DNA of 64,000 nucleotides. Source: Eledone cirrhosa (taxonomy: Eukaryota). Each line of letters begins with the position of its first letter. Position 1 is the first letter of the stretch. The notes under the pieces are model-generated. The model saw nothing but the letters and a program-made list of their open reading frames with translations, was not told the DNA's origin and searched no databases. Positions 14,935 to 27,800 of this stretch are shown here, in pieces. The position numbers were made by a program, and so were the translations under genes. The stretch covers positions 142,104,001 to 142,168,000 of the forward strand of contig OZ024741.1 in the NCBI GenBank assembly GCA_964016885.1, in the 5' to 3' direction.

Positions 14935-15046
14935 GCCCCGGTGGCACAATCGGTTAGCGCGCCGTACTTATAGACAGTACCTTCCTTGTGTTTATCACAA
15001 GACGGGAGTTATGCGGAGGTTGTGAGTTCGACCCTCACCCAGGGCA
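14935..15046 (+). tRNA. tRNA-Ile-TAT: tRNA-Ile(UAU) with 38-nt intron
   Basis: Full-length body, anticodon TAT, T-run terminator 3 nt downstream. Confidence 0.8.
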
Positions 15047-15757
15047 GAATTTTTTTTTCTTTTCGTTTAAATAGCCATCAATATTAGTTATTTATCAAAT
15101 TTCGTAGTTGCATCCATCTTGAAAAGTTGAATATTTACATATGTATTACATATGTATAATTAGTATTTGTCTTTGACACATTGGTTGTTTATTTGTGGGT
15201 TGCAAATAAAAACATAAACTGGGTTAGTATGTTGTTTTTTGTATGTAAATTTCATAAATATTATATCTTATGGATGGTAAAAGTCTTTATATATTTGTAT
15301 AGATTATTAGATAGCTGTTCATTATCTTAAATTTTACGAGCAGCCGGCAGAAATGTTTTTGTATAGATTTAAAACTATCCATATGATTTTCTAGTTTAAC
15401 CAAGTTAATTCGATGGAATCCTGACCTGTTAAATACCACTTCAACATTTACCACCACACCTATATAAGAAAAAAGTTTGATAGAAAATTCATATATGTTC
15501 AAATTGCTCGCAGAAATTTATTATACTTATTCACCAACCAACCAAATTACTTCTCTAAAAATCTAGCATTTCGAGCCACTTTTAAAATTACCCACCTAAA
15601 GTAACATCCAAACACCAACCAGATGTGAGAAACACCACAAACCCTCCATCTCAATTCTACTTTTGAAAAGCACAAGAACTGCGAAACCGGTAAAGGAACC
15701 AAATAGATATATTTTAAAAAAAAAGACTCCAGTTGCATTTTTGATTTCATCTTTTTT

Positions 15758-15794
<37 letters not shown>

Positions 15795-15796
15795 TA

Positions 15797-18580
15797 AGAA
15801 GAAGTTAAAAGATGGTTAGAAAAGTTCCATGTATTTTATTATGGGCATTTCAAAAACAAATATCATCCAGGGACGATATTTGCGTTCTCATCAGATAAAA
15901 TAGGGAGACCTGATATGAAACTTAAAAAAGACACTTGTGAGCAAGGTAGTGTCTAAACAACATATGATAAATAAATTTAAAAGGATATAGGAGATTGGAA
16001 AAAAGAAAAGGAAGGGGAGAAGGGTAAGGAAGATAAAGAAAGGAAAAAGAAAAAAAGAAGGAAAGGATAACGGAGGAAGATTATAAGAAGGAGGAAGGAG
16101 AGAGAAAGAGAGAGTAGAGAAAAGAGAGAAAAGAGAGAGAGATAAACATTTAAACTGAGAACCGCTGTCTCACACAGAGAGATGGATGACTGAAAAAAGC
16201 GGTTGTAAAATTTATAAATAAATTAAATAAATTAAATAAATTAAATAAATTAAATAAATTAATAAGATTTTAAATTTAAAAGTTAATGAGGTTTATGGAT
16301 GATGATGCTTATGATTACAGATATAGAAAGGGTTTAAATAGTGAAAGATTTATTAAGAAGTGCAAAAATTTATTAAAAAGGTATTATTAAGATAAAATAA
16401 AGTGAAATAAGATAAGGTGAATGAAAATAAAGTTAGATAATTTAGAAGACGATATAGGGTCCTAGTTTGTTTCAATAGATTGTAATATAAAAAGTAATTA
16501 TTTAAGTTTATACAAGCATGGAAAGAGAGAAAAACGAAAAAAATACGAGGAAGAAAAAAACATTACGTCAAAAATGTGTTTACAAAATTCACCTAATGCT
16601 AATATTAATAGATTTGAAGTAAAAATTACTAAAAAGTAATGTTGAGAAAAAATGATATAAAGATGAACTATTTAAAAGAAAAAAATGTGTATCGCCAAGA
16701 AGAAATTTGCTATAGTGAATTAGAAGATTATAAAATTACAAAAAATTATTAAAAGAAAATATAAAATTATACAATTAGGGGACCAAAAATGTTATAGTAT
16801 GAATGAACTTTTGTAGAATGCACTGAAATATGGTAGAAAAAGGGGTATATGTGTAAAAGAAATATATTTGTGTGAGAAAAAGATTTTAATCCTAATTATA
16901 GAGTAAATTAGCTATATACTTTGTGAAAAGACCTAAGCGATTTGTGAATACAAAGCGAAAATAAATCCGTGCGTCTATTTATTATAGAATTAAAATTAGA
17001 GATAATGGTACATTTTCCCGCTAGGCATAAATTACAAGTTCTGGATAGGGAAGCATTAAAATAGGGAGAAGAGTTGCAAATTTTTCTCCAAGAAATTTTG
17101 TAATTAATGTTTTTGTCTTTTAAGGACCAAATCAGTTCTGAGAGAGCAGTGTTTGTTCTTTTAAGTGGGTATTTAAAAGATGAAGAATGGTTATATAATC
17201 TCGCCTTAAAGGAAGTAGAAGTAGATCCGAAGTAGGTGTAAGAATTGGTGCTAGTTATCACCTTACATTCGTATACTAAATTCTTGTCGAGACAGTGATT
17301 ATTAAGAGGACATTTAGTTCTATTAAGGCAATTGCATTTACGATTAATGTTATTAATAGAGTTATGTGCAAGTGGTCCAGAGTTATTTATAGAAGGAATT
17401 GAATTAGAGAAATTACCTACAAGAGGTGCTAATGTTTCCTGATTTAGATTAGTATTAAGAGCATTCAACGAAATTACGTTTGACGTCGTATTTGTATTTA
17501 AGGAGACTTGCCTAGAGTTTACATTGACGTCGGGCCTGATGTTGTTATTACTATGACGCTCAGGGTTGGATGGATAAGATTTATTATTTAAAATTTTAGT
17601 ATTATGTTTAGAGATAATGTTAGAGGTGTTGGAAATGGTGGAATAAGAGAATTTAATTGTATGCTTATTAAAGATCTTACTATAAATATGTGAAGGAGGG
17701 AAGCAATTAGCTAGCGCCCTAAAAAATAATTTAGGAATATTACTAATAATAGAAAGAGTAAAAGGAGCGTTGTACCAAATAATATTTTTATTATCTAGGT
17801 CTTCTCTTTATGCTATTGGAATGCTTATAACTAGCTATGTTACTATAGGTTCTGCCATGATTGGTTTCATTATTGGTTTTAATTCTGTTTGGGTAACCAG
17901 CTCCGGAAAGCGCATGATTATAATAATTGGCTTTAGCGTCAAAGATAAGTTTATTAGAAGATAGATTAGAGATTCTTTTTTCAACATTTCTGACTATAGC
18001 TATCTTAACATTAATAGGGTGGTTTGATTTATAATTAACATAATTCAGATTCTCATTATCTTTATGGTAAGGGTAATATAGGCCGGTGTCAAGATTAAGG
18101 GATATATCCAGGAAGTTAGCTAATTTAACGTTGTTCTCAAATTCAATTTTTAGGTTATGGTGCTTAAATAGATCAAGTATATTATTTTTGATAATATTAA
18201 GGTTTACTAAGTTACAGTTTAAGACAGTAAAAAGGGTATCGTCACGATAAATTCCACCGCGAAGTTGAGGAATTTTCCGATTTACAGAGTTCAAGATGAA
18301 AATTCCAACCAAGTCCGTCAATTGCGCAGGGTCCGATGAACCCATGGTTATGTCAAAGTTGTTGGAAGTATCAGCTCTAGTCCAATATTCGTTGTTGAAT
18401 TCCAGGATAGTTTTTCTTGCGGTGAGAATGATGTTCAATTCATCTGTGGTGATGTCTGAATATTTAAAAGCATAAGAGAGAGCTTTGTTGAGGAGTGAAG
18501 GCGAAATAGAAGAATAGTAACTGGCGATGTCAAACTGAATAAATTTTTGTTTGTTTTTATGATTCAAATCATTGAACCAT
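15797..18580 (-). mobile_element. 5'-truncated Penelope-like retroelement (RT plus C-terminal GIY-YIG), frameshifted
   Basis: ORF 17791-18567 FDIASYYSSI...ITMGS...GIYRDD...FLDISL; ORF 16908-17468 CNC..CPL..C..NLVY..YFGSTSTSFKARLYNH; hammerhead at 3' end; next to (TA)n. Confidence 0.9.
15832..15902 (-). ncRNA. Type I hammerhead ribozyme motif at the PLE 3' terminus
   Basis: UAUUUUAU-CUGAUGA-[long stem II]-GAAA-UGCCCA-UA/AUAAAAUA: intact core, 8-bp stem I, minimal stem III. Confidence 0.8.
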
Positions 18581-18779
18581 TATATATAAATATATAAACA
18601 TCGAGGGTTATAAACCTCACTATCAGGCTAGAAATTTCTTTAGTCTAAAATACCGTGAAAGCTTATAATTTCTAATTTCTAATTATATATATATATATAT
18701 ATGAGAGAGAAAGAGGGGGGGGGGGGGTAGAGAGAGAAGAGGGTAGAAAAAAGAGAGATGCAAAAATTGTTCGGCCCCA

Positions 18780-19205
18780 GTCGACAGAATAGAGAAGGCG
18801 TTTCCCCGGGGATTGGTGAGGGAAACGTGCTGGAAGAACTATTCTATTTCGCGAGGCTCACATCTGCGAGTAGCCAACTCTGTGCCGATTTTGAGGTGTA
18901 GGGAGGTGGCCCCAGGGCGAAGGACACCAGAAGTCTCCACTGTTCCTGGCAGCGAAAAAGGAATAAAGTTCCATTCAAATAAAAGGTTAAAAAGTAAAAG
19001 TAAAAAAGTTCAAACGCACAGTATACCTGGAGATTATTTCTCTCTTTAAACCGATTGATTGAATAATTTTATAATTGTTACATTAAGTAGATTTAAATTT
19101 TGTCAAATATTACTGGTTTCAATTGTTTCATCAATCTTATCAAATATTGAATAATTGTTCACTACATATACATACACATATATAAAGAATGAGAGAAAGA
19201 GGGGG
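18780..19205. repeat. Unclassified repeat duplicated at about 21012-21430, possibly a LINE 5' end on the minus strand
   Basis: gacagaatagagaaggcgtttccc...ggagattatttctctc...gaataattgttcactacata shared. Confidence 0.6.
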
Positions 19206-19234
19206 AGAGAGGTGAGGGACAGAGAGAGAGAGGG

Positions 19235-19315
<81 letters not shown>

Positions 19316-19317
19316 GA

Positions 19318-19389
<72 letters not shown>

Positions 19390-19438
19390 GTGTGTGTGTG
19401 TCATTCATTGTTATAAATATAATAAACTTCAAATAACT

Positions 19439-19550
19439 GCCACTGTGGCACAATCGGTTATCACGCCGTACTTCTAGACAGTAACGTCCTTATGTTAATC
19501 ACGTCACGTGAGATAAGCGGAGGTTGTGAGTTCGAGCCTCACCGGAACCA
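19439..19550 (+). pseudogene. tRNA-Ile-derived pseudogene, anticodon TCT, broken acceptor stem
   Basis: GCCACTGTGGCACAATCGGTTATCACGCCGTACTTCTAG...CCTCACCGGAACCA. Confidence 0.8.
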
Positions 19551-20128
19551 GGTATTTTTTTCTTTTTTTTCATTTAAGCAGTCATCTATATTAGTTATTT
19601 ATCAAATTTCCGGGTTGCATCATCTTGTAAAGTTCAATATTTATTACTTATGTATAATTAGTATTTACAAATTCGTTTACACACACACACGCACACACAC
19701 ATATGGGAGCTGTGTCACAAAGAATACTGGCCTTTCTGTTCAGGACCAGATAATATTTCATCAGCCAACCCCTATAAACAATACACAATACTCAATGAAG
19801 TATTGGTCCCAAAATAATGAAGAAGGATATCAACAACAGCAAAATGTGAACACAAAACAATGAAAGACACTCTACCGACTTTTACCAACCAATATCTATT
19901 TAGAGAATTTATACAACCCCCCCCCCCCCCCCCCCCCCCCGACATACTGACCCAGGCATCATATTCGCAACACCCAAATAAACAATTGGTGTGTAAAACA
20001 CAAATACTAATCATAGATATGTAATAAATATACAACTTTACAAGATGGATGCAATCAGGAAATTTGATAAATAACTAATATAGATGGCTGCTTAAATGAA
20101 AAAAAAAAAAAAAATGAAAAGTAATTTC

Positions 20129-20240
20129 TGCCCTGAGTGAGGTTCGAACTCACAACCTCCGCATATCTCCTATCTTATGATTAACACAAGGAAGGTACTG
20201 TCTATAAGTACGGCGCGCTAACCGATTGTGCCACCGGGGC
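20129..20240 (-). tRNA. tRNA-Ile-TAT: tRNA-Ile(UAU) with intron
   Basis: Full-length 112-nt copy. Confidence 0.78.
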
Positions 20241-20463
20241 AGTTGTTTGATGGTCATTAAGTTTATGTCAATGAACGAAAAATTCTCTCTCCTCTCTTTC
20301 GTTTCGTATATATGTATGTATATATAGTGAACAATTTTTTGCATCTCTCTATCTCTCTAATAAATATACAACTTTACAAGATGGCTGCATCAGGAAATTT
20401 GATAAATAACTAATATAGATGGCTGCTTAAATGAAAAAAAAAAAAAAAATGAAAAGTAATTTC

Positions 20464-20575
20464 TGCCCTGGGTGAGGTTCGAACTCACAACCTCCGCATA
20501 TCTCCTATCTTATGATTAACACAAGGAAGGTACTGTCTATAAGTACGGCGCGCTAACCGATTGTGCCACCGGGGC
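20464..20575 (-). tRNA. tRNA-Ile-TAT: tRNA-Ile(UAU) with intron; local 335-bp duplication partner of 20129-20240
   Basis: Same sequence as 3400-3511 by eye. Confidence 0.8.
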
Positions 20576-20672
20576 AGTTGTTTGATGGTTATTATATTTA
20601 TGTCAATGAACGACTAATTCTCTCTCCTCTCTTTCTTTTCGTATATATGTATGTATATATAGTGTACAATTT

Positions 20673-20759
<87 letters not shown>

Positions 20760-21538
20760 GCGTGTGTGGGCGTGTGTGGGCGTGTGTGCGCGTGTGTGCG
20801 TGTGTGTGCGTGTGTGTGATATGAATTTGACCGTCTTCAAAGACGAATCTCTCTCCTGCATTCTTTCACATAGGTAATGTCCGTGAAACATATACATACA
20901 AATAGGGTCCGAACACAAAGGAACCAATCTCCCACAGTCACTGTCACTGCCTTTGTCTCTCCCGCTCTCCCCATCTCTCACCACTAGGAGCAAATGGTGC
21001 ACCACTCGCTGGCGGACAGAATAGAGAAGGCGTTTCCCTGGAGGATGGTGAGGGAAACGTGCTGGGAGAACCATTCCATTTCGCGAGGCTCACATCTGCG
21101 AGTAGCCAACTCTGTGCCGATTTTGGTTTGTAGGGAGGTGGCCCTAGGGCCAAGGACACCAGAAGCCTCCACTATTCCTGGCAGTGAAAAGGGAGTAAAG
21201 TTCCATTCAAATAAAAGGTTAAAAAGTAAAAGTAAAAAAGTTCAAACGTACAGTATATTTGGAGATTATTTCTCTCTTTAAACCGATTGATTGAATAATT
21301 TTATAATTGTTTCATTAAGTAGATTTAAATTTTGACAAATATTACCGGTTTCAATTGTTTCATCAATCTTATCAAATATTGAATAATTGTTCACTACATA
21401 TGCATACACATATATAAAGAATGAGAGAGAGAGAGATAGAGAAAGAGGGGGAGAGAGGGGGAGGGAGGGACAGAGAGAGAGGGGGGAGAAAGAGAGAGGG
21501 AGAGAGAAAGAGAGAGGGAAGGGGTGAGAGAGAGAGAA

Positions 21539-21570
<32 letters not shown>

Positions 21571-21581
21571 TGAGGGACAGC

Positions 21582-21612
<31 letters not shown>

Positions 21613-21896
21613 TGTGTGCCATTCATTGTTATAAATATAATGGTTTCTTATATAGGCACAAGGCCAGTAATTTTGGGGAAAGGGGAAAGTCGATCAAATC
21701 GATCCCAGTGCGTGACTAGTACTTTATTTTATCGACCCCATAAGGATGAAAGGCAAAGTTAACCTCGGCGGGATTTGAGCTCAGATCATAAAGAGCCGTA
21801 ACTCTATGCTGCAAAGCATGGCGTCCGACCCTCTACGGATACTGCCAATCCACCGCCCTCATTCATTGTTATAAATATAATAAGCTTCAAATAACT

Positions 21897-22007
21897 GCCA
21901 CTGTGGCCCAATCGGTTATCGCACCGTACTTATAAACAGTGACTTCCTTATGTTAACTACGTGCCGGGGGAAAGCGGAAGTTGTGAGTTCGAGCTTCACC
22001 CGAGGTA
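21897..22007 (+). pseudogene. Diverged tRNA-Ile(UAU) pseudogene
   Basis: GCCACTGTGGCCCAATCGGTTATCGCACCGTACTTATA...GTTCGAGCTTCACCCGAGGTA. Confidence 0.75.
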
Positions 22008-22317
22008 AGTATTTTTTTAAAATTATTATTTAAGCACTCTATAATAGTTATTTATCAAATTTCCTGATTGCATCCATCTTGTAAAGTCGAATATTTATTA
22101 CTTATGTATAATTAGTATTTGTGTTTCACACAACAGTTGTTTATTTTTGGTGTATCGAATAGAAACATATGCAAAATAATTTGGTCTACTACACACACAC
22201 ACACACACACACACAGATGCAAAAAATTGTTCACTATATGCACATACATATATAAGAAGAGAGAGAGAGGAAGAAATAGTCATTCATTGACATAAATTTA
22301 ATAACCACCAAACAGCT

Positions 22318-22429
22318 GCCCCGGTGGCACAATCGGTTAGCGCGCCGTACTTATGGACGGTAACCTCATTGTGTTAATCACAAGATGGGGGATATGCGGA
22401 GGTTGTGAGTTCGCACCTCACCCAGCGCA
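22318..22429 (+). pseudogene. tRNA-Ile(UAU) copy with damaged B box (TTCGCAC) and acceptor stem
   Basis: Full length but A37G, A58C and 3' CCAGCGCA. Confidence 0.75.
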
Positions 22430-22468
22430 GATAATTTTTTTCATTTAAGCAGTCATTTATATTAGTTA

Positions 22469-23098
22469 CTAGACTACCCGTGACCCATTGGTTGGATCAA
22501 GTTCACTTCAAAATATTTTTTAAAAATCATGTTCACTTAAAAATAATTTTAAAATAATTAAAATATACACTGACATGTATATAATGTGGAATGAAACTGG
22601 AAAGGCCATATATATATATACGTGTGTGTATGTATATATATAAATGTGTGTGTTTGTATATGTATGTGTGTGTATATACATATGTGGGTGTCTGTGATCT
22701 ATATATATACTGTTCATAGACACACACACACATATATATATATATATACAAACACTCACATATATATATATACACAACAACACCACCAGCTCTCTCTCTT
22801 CTATTCTCTTTCTCTGTCTCCTCTCCCTCTCTCTATGTCTCTCTTTCAATCTACTCTCTCACAACCACTATCTCTTTCTCTCTATCCTTCTCTCTCTCTC
22901 TGTGTTTATGAAGGTACCCAGAAAACCCCATATCTCGGGAACCCGTGCTCCGATTTACGCGAGACTTGTTTTATTCCATTTGTATTCCCATTTCAGGGTC
23001 AAGTTCCATTCAAAGTGTTTTCCCATTAAGTGCACTTTTGACTGTATTACATTACAGACAAGCAAGCATGCAAGCACATACTTTTAGTAATATATAGA
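22469..23098 (-). mobile_element. Complete non-autonomous Helitron inserted at an A|T site without TSD
   Basis: 5'-TC...CTAG-3' on the minus strand; it splits attagtta|tttatcaaatttcctg, which is intact in paralogous tRNA flanks (4860, 6560, 19590). Confidence 0.85.
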
Positions 23099-23878
23099 TT
23101 TATCAAATTTCCTGATTGCATCCATCTTGTATATTTGAATATCTATTACATATGTATATTTAGAATTTATGTTTTACACAATGGTTGTCTATTGTGGGTG
23201 TTGCGAATAGAAACATAACCTGGGTCAGTATATTGTTGTTGTTTTTTTTTTGTTTTTAGCGTAAATTCTCTAAATATTATATTTCAAGTTAATGGTTAGT
23301 AAACGTCGGTAGAGTGTCTTTCATTGTCTTGAGTTCAAATGTTGCTGCTGTTGATATCCTTCTTCATTATTTTGGGACTAATACTTAATTCAGTATTGTA
23401 GAATGTTTTAGGGGTTGGCTGATGAAATATTGTCTGGTCCTGAACAGAAAGGCCAGTAGTCTTTGTAACACAGCTCCCATATATATGTGTGCGTGTGGTC
23501 TTCTTATATATTTATATAGGTGCGGTGGTGAAGGTGGAAGTGGTATTTAACAGGTCAGGATTCCATCGAATTCCCTTGGTTAAACTAGAAAATTATTTTA
23601 TTAGTCATAATAATGGCCCAAGCGGCATTTTGACGTGTGCGTTTTGATGTGCATTTAGTGTGAATAATTGGGTGGAGTTTAATCGTGTCAAAAGATCAGT
23701 GTTACAAGGGTTAATGAAAGTAGCAAAAAAAAGCTCAGAGTAGATATAGAGTTTCTCTTTTGTCTTGTGGTGACGCGCGTGCGTGTGTACTCCTTGTGTC
23801 AAGAGATAGGGATTAGTTTTAGGATTTACAGAAAAAGGCAAGAATAAAAATATAAATACAAATATAGGTATAATCATG

Positions 23879-23922
<44 letters not shown>

Positions 23923-24228
23923 TGGACCAAATTCTTTTGCACACACACAGATATATGGGAGCTGTATCACAAAACTACTGACCTTTCTGTTGAGGGCCAG
24001 ACAATATTTCATCGGCCAACCCCAATAAACATTCTGCAATACTCAATGAAGTAATGGTCCCAAAATAACCTGAACAGAAAGGCCAGTAGTCTTTATGGCA
24101 CAGCTCCCATATGCATGTGTGTGTATGTGTGCAAACGAATTTAGTCCACTATACACATACATATATACGAAAAGAGAGAGAGAGAAATAGTCGTTCATTG
24201 ATATAAATTTAATAACCAACAAACAGCG

Positions 24229-24340
24229 GCCCCGGTGGCACAATCGGTTAGCGCGCCGTACTTATAGACAGTACCTTAATTGTGTTAATCACAAGATGGC
24301 AGATATACGGAGGTTGTGAGTTCGAGCCTCACCCGGGGCA
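24229..24340 (+). tRNA. tRNA-Ile-TAT: tRNA-Ile(UAU), best-preserved copy; intron 24267-24304
   Basis: Perfect acceptor GCCCCGG/CCGGGGC-A, anticodon stem CCGTA/TACGG, TAT at 24263-24265, T arm intact, T-run downstream. Confidence 0.88.
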
Positions 24341-24652
24341 GATGTTGTTTTTCATTTTCTTTTTCATTCAAGCAGCCATCTATATTAGTTATTTATCAAA
24401 ATTTCCTGATTGCATCTATCTTGTAAAGTTGTATATTTATTACATATGTACAATTAGTATTTGTGTTTTACACAATATTTGTTTTTTGGGGTGTTGCGAA
24501 TACAAACATAAACTGGGTCAGTATATCGTTTTTCTGATTTTAGTGTAAATTCTCTAAATATTTTATTTTAACTCTGTAGCATTTACTTTACTCTATATTT
24601 ACTATTATATTTTCCTGGTAAAGGCTTTACTCCTCTTTTCAACTTTATATTA

Positions 24653-24751
24653 CAAGGTGTCCTCCAAAAATGTATACACACTTCAAAAGCATTCTAATAA
24701 ATATTGCCTCTACAGGTAATCAATACGTGTGTACATTTTTGGGACACTTTG
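24653..24751. mobile_element. Tc1/mariner-type MITE (about 99 bp)
   Basis: TA|caaggtgtcctccaaaaatgtatacac...gtgtacatttttgggacactttg|TA. Confidence 0.7.
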
Positions 24752-24815
24752 TATATATACAGAGAGAGAGAGAGAGAGTCGAGAGAGGATATATATATAT
24801 ATATAGAGAGAGAGA

Positions 24816-24846
<31 letters not shown>

Positions 24847-24853
<7 letters not shown>

Positions 24854-27800
24854 AAAAATTGAACGGGAACAAAACAGAGAGGCAGTACGAACAAAGGTTT
24901 ATTAGTTTCACGCTCTTGAGAGTGGGGTGGTGGTGGGGAACGACGTTTCAGGCATAAGCCCTTCTTCAGGTGAAAAGTGTGTGGGAAGAGAGTTCCAAGG
25001 GTGTGTAGGGGAGTGGTGGAGAGACATATAGAAAAAAGGGGGTGAGAGGAAACGGTACAAATGAAATTAAATATAAAAGCATAATAAAAATAAAAATAAA
25101 CATGAAGTAAAACAGGTGGTGGAAGGGTGTGGGGTGTGTAGGGGTGGTGGCGGGTGGAGTGGGGAGAGGGAGACGGGGTGTCCGAGCGGGGAGGGCTGAA
25201 GGTGGTGTGTGTGTGTAGGTGTACGTGTGTGTGTGTGTGTATGTGAAAGTAAGAGTTGGGAGAAGAACGGGGTTGCATGTTCAGGAAGAGGTGAGTGTGG
25301 GTGGGGTGTAGGTCGGAGTGTGTGTGCGTGTGTGGATGGAGAGGGGTCAGAGGGGTGGGGGGAGAGGATTCCGGAGGCTGAGTGTGTAAATATGTGGTGG
25401 TACGCACGTGTGTGTGTGTGGTGTTTATGCGTGTTGTGGATGTAGGTGGCGTGTGGGAAAAAATTTTTTTTAGTGTATGTCAGTGGGTGAGTCCTTAAGG
25501 TAGTTCCGTAGAGGATGTGGTGGAATGCTGGGTAATATCTTTGGGATGTGGTGGATTCTAGGGATCGATGTTCAATATGTGTAATCCGTGGTTGGTCGGA
25601 AGAGGGGAGATGGGGGGTGCGCGCAACAGGAAGTGGTCAGAGGGTCAAGGCAGGAGGAGAGCTGTGTGTCTGTGTGTGCGGGGAGGTGGTCAGAGATAAG
25701 GGCATAGCAGCAGTCGGGTAGAATGGTAAGTGAAGAAAGTCGGTGTGTCAGTGTGTGCGGAGGTGCGGTAGACAGGGGAGAGGTTGGGTAGGTGTGAAAG
25801 TTGGAGTGAGGAGGGAGGTGTATTAGTAGAGGTGTTAGTGGGATGTGTGTGTGTGTGAGAAAGGGTGTGGGTGAGCGGGGAGAGAAGGGTGTGGGGCCCG
25901 GTGGAGGGAGTGTAGTGTACTGGTGTGTGTGTGCGTGTTTGGATGAGTGTGTGTGTGGTGAAGGGGGTGTTAGTGGGTGTTAGTATACTGGAGGTGGGGA
26001 AAGGGTTGAATGCGGGTGTGAGTGGGGGTCAGTGGTGGTAGGGTGTGTAGAGTGGGTGGTGTAAGTGGGTGTGTGTGTTCGTGTGCGTAGGGTTGGGGGT
26101 GTTAGTGATGTTAGTTGCGTGTAGAGTGGGTGGTGTAAGTGGGTGTGTGTGTTCGTGTGCGTGGGGTCGGGGGGTGCTAGTGATGTTAGTTGCGGGGTGG
26201 TGGGGTGGATGTGTGGGGGTGAGGGTTAGTGGTGGTAGTAGGGTGTGTGTTTAGTGTGAGCGCGTGTATATATGTACCGGTGGGTGTGTGCGTGTGATAA
26301 GGGGATGGGGGGGGGGAGAAGAAGGGAGGGGTGTTAGTATGTTAGTTGGGGAAGGGTGGTCGGGTGTGGGGTGGAGGTGTTAGTATTGTTAGTTGTGGGG
26401 TGGGCGGTGAAAAGGAGGGGTGTGTTAGTGGTGTTAGTGGGGGATATGTGTGGGGGGGAGGGAGGCGGTCGAAGGCTAAAGGAATAAGGGTGGGGAGTTC
26501 AGGCCGGGGGGAGTGTGGGTCTGTAGGGTGAAGATGGTTTGTTGTTCGACCCTGAGGAGAGTGGCGGGTGTTCCGTGGCATTGGAGTAGGCCACAGACTG
26601 TGAGGTGGTGTGCGGAATGTCCAGGGGCACCAAAGTGGCGGGCGATGGGGGAACTACCACCGAGACGAATATCTCGGAGGTGTTCAGTAAAGCGTAGACT
26701 AGGTTGGAGGAGGTGCAGCGGAAGGCATGCCAGACAGAGAAGGAGTGGCCGTCGGGACCCTGGAAGGTGGTGGTGTTGGTGATGTGGGGACAGGTGTTGC
26801 AGCGGGGCTTGGAACAGGGAAGGGAACCGGGAGGGAAGGAGAGCGTGGGTTGGGGGGGAGCTGTGGACGAGGAGGGTGCGGAGATTGCGTGCGCGTTTGA
26901 AGGAGGGGAGTGGTGGGGATGGGAAGATGTTGGAGGTGGAGGGGTCGGACTGGAGGCGTCGGAAGAGGCGGAGGATAGTGCGGTGGAGGGGTAAGGTGGA
27001 GGGGTGGTAGGTGATGGGGAAGGGGAGACGGTGTGTGGGTGTGCGGTGGCGTGGGGTGAGGGTGGTGGAGCGGTGGACAGCACGGGCGCGGGTTTGAGCG
27101 GTGTGGACGAGAGAGGGGGGTAACCTCTGCGGATGAAATGGCTGACTAGGGAAAGGGCATGGGACTCAAAGTCAGCATCTTGGCTACAGAGGCGGCGGAT
27201 CCTGAGGAGTTGGGAGTAGGGAATAGAGTGTTTAGTGTGTGTAGGTGGGAGAGGTGAAGTCGAGGTAGGAGTGGGAGTCGGTGGGTTTGAAGAAGGCGGA
27301 GGTGACGAGGGAGTGGTGGGAGAGGTCGAAGGCGACGGAGATGTCTAAGAAGTGGACGTGGGTGGTGGAGATAGAGGTGGTGAAGTGGAGGGAGGGGTGG
27401 AAGGAGCTGAAGAAGGAGAGAAAGGAGTCGAGCTGTTCTCGGGTGAGGGTCGTGGCTCCGATACAGTCGTCGATGTAACGACCGTACAGTTCGGGCGTGG
27501 AGCCGGTGTACTGGGCAAAGATTTGGGCCTCAACATGGCCAACAAAAAGGTTGGCATAGTTCGGGCCCATTCTTGTACCCATGGCTACCCCCGTGACCTG
27601 TTGGTAAAACTCACCCAAGAAGGAGAAACAGTTGAGGGTGAGGACCAGATCGGCGAGGCGAAGGAGGGTGGGAGTGGAGGGGATGGGGGAGGGCGAAGGT
27701 CGAGGTAGTGCTTGAGGGCACGTAGGCCGTCGGCGTGGGGGATGACGGTATAGAGGGACTTGATATCTAGGGTGAAGAGGAAGGGATGTGGGCCGGGTGG

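Noticed and set aside
25100-26490. Telomeric-like array in the G-rich tract
   Set aside because: Only scattered gtgttag motifs, no tandem TTAGGG; lies inside the PLE 3' region
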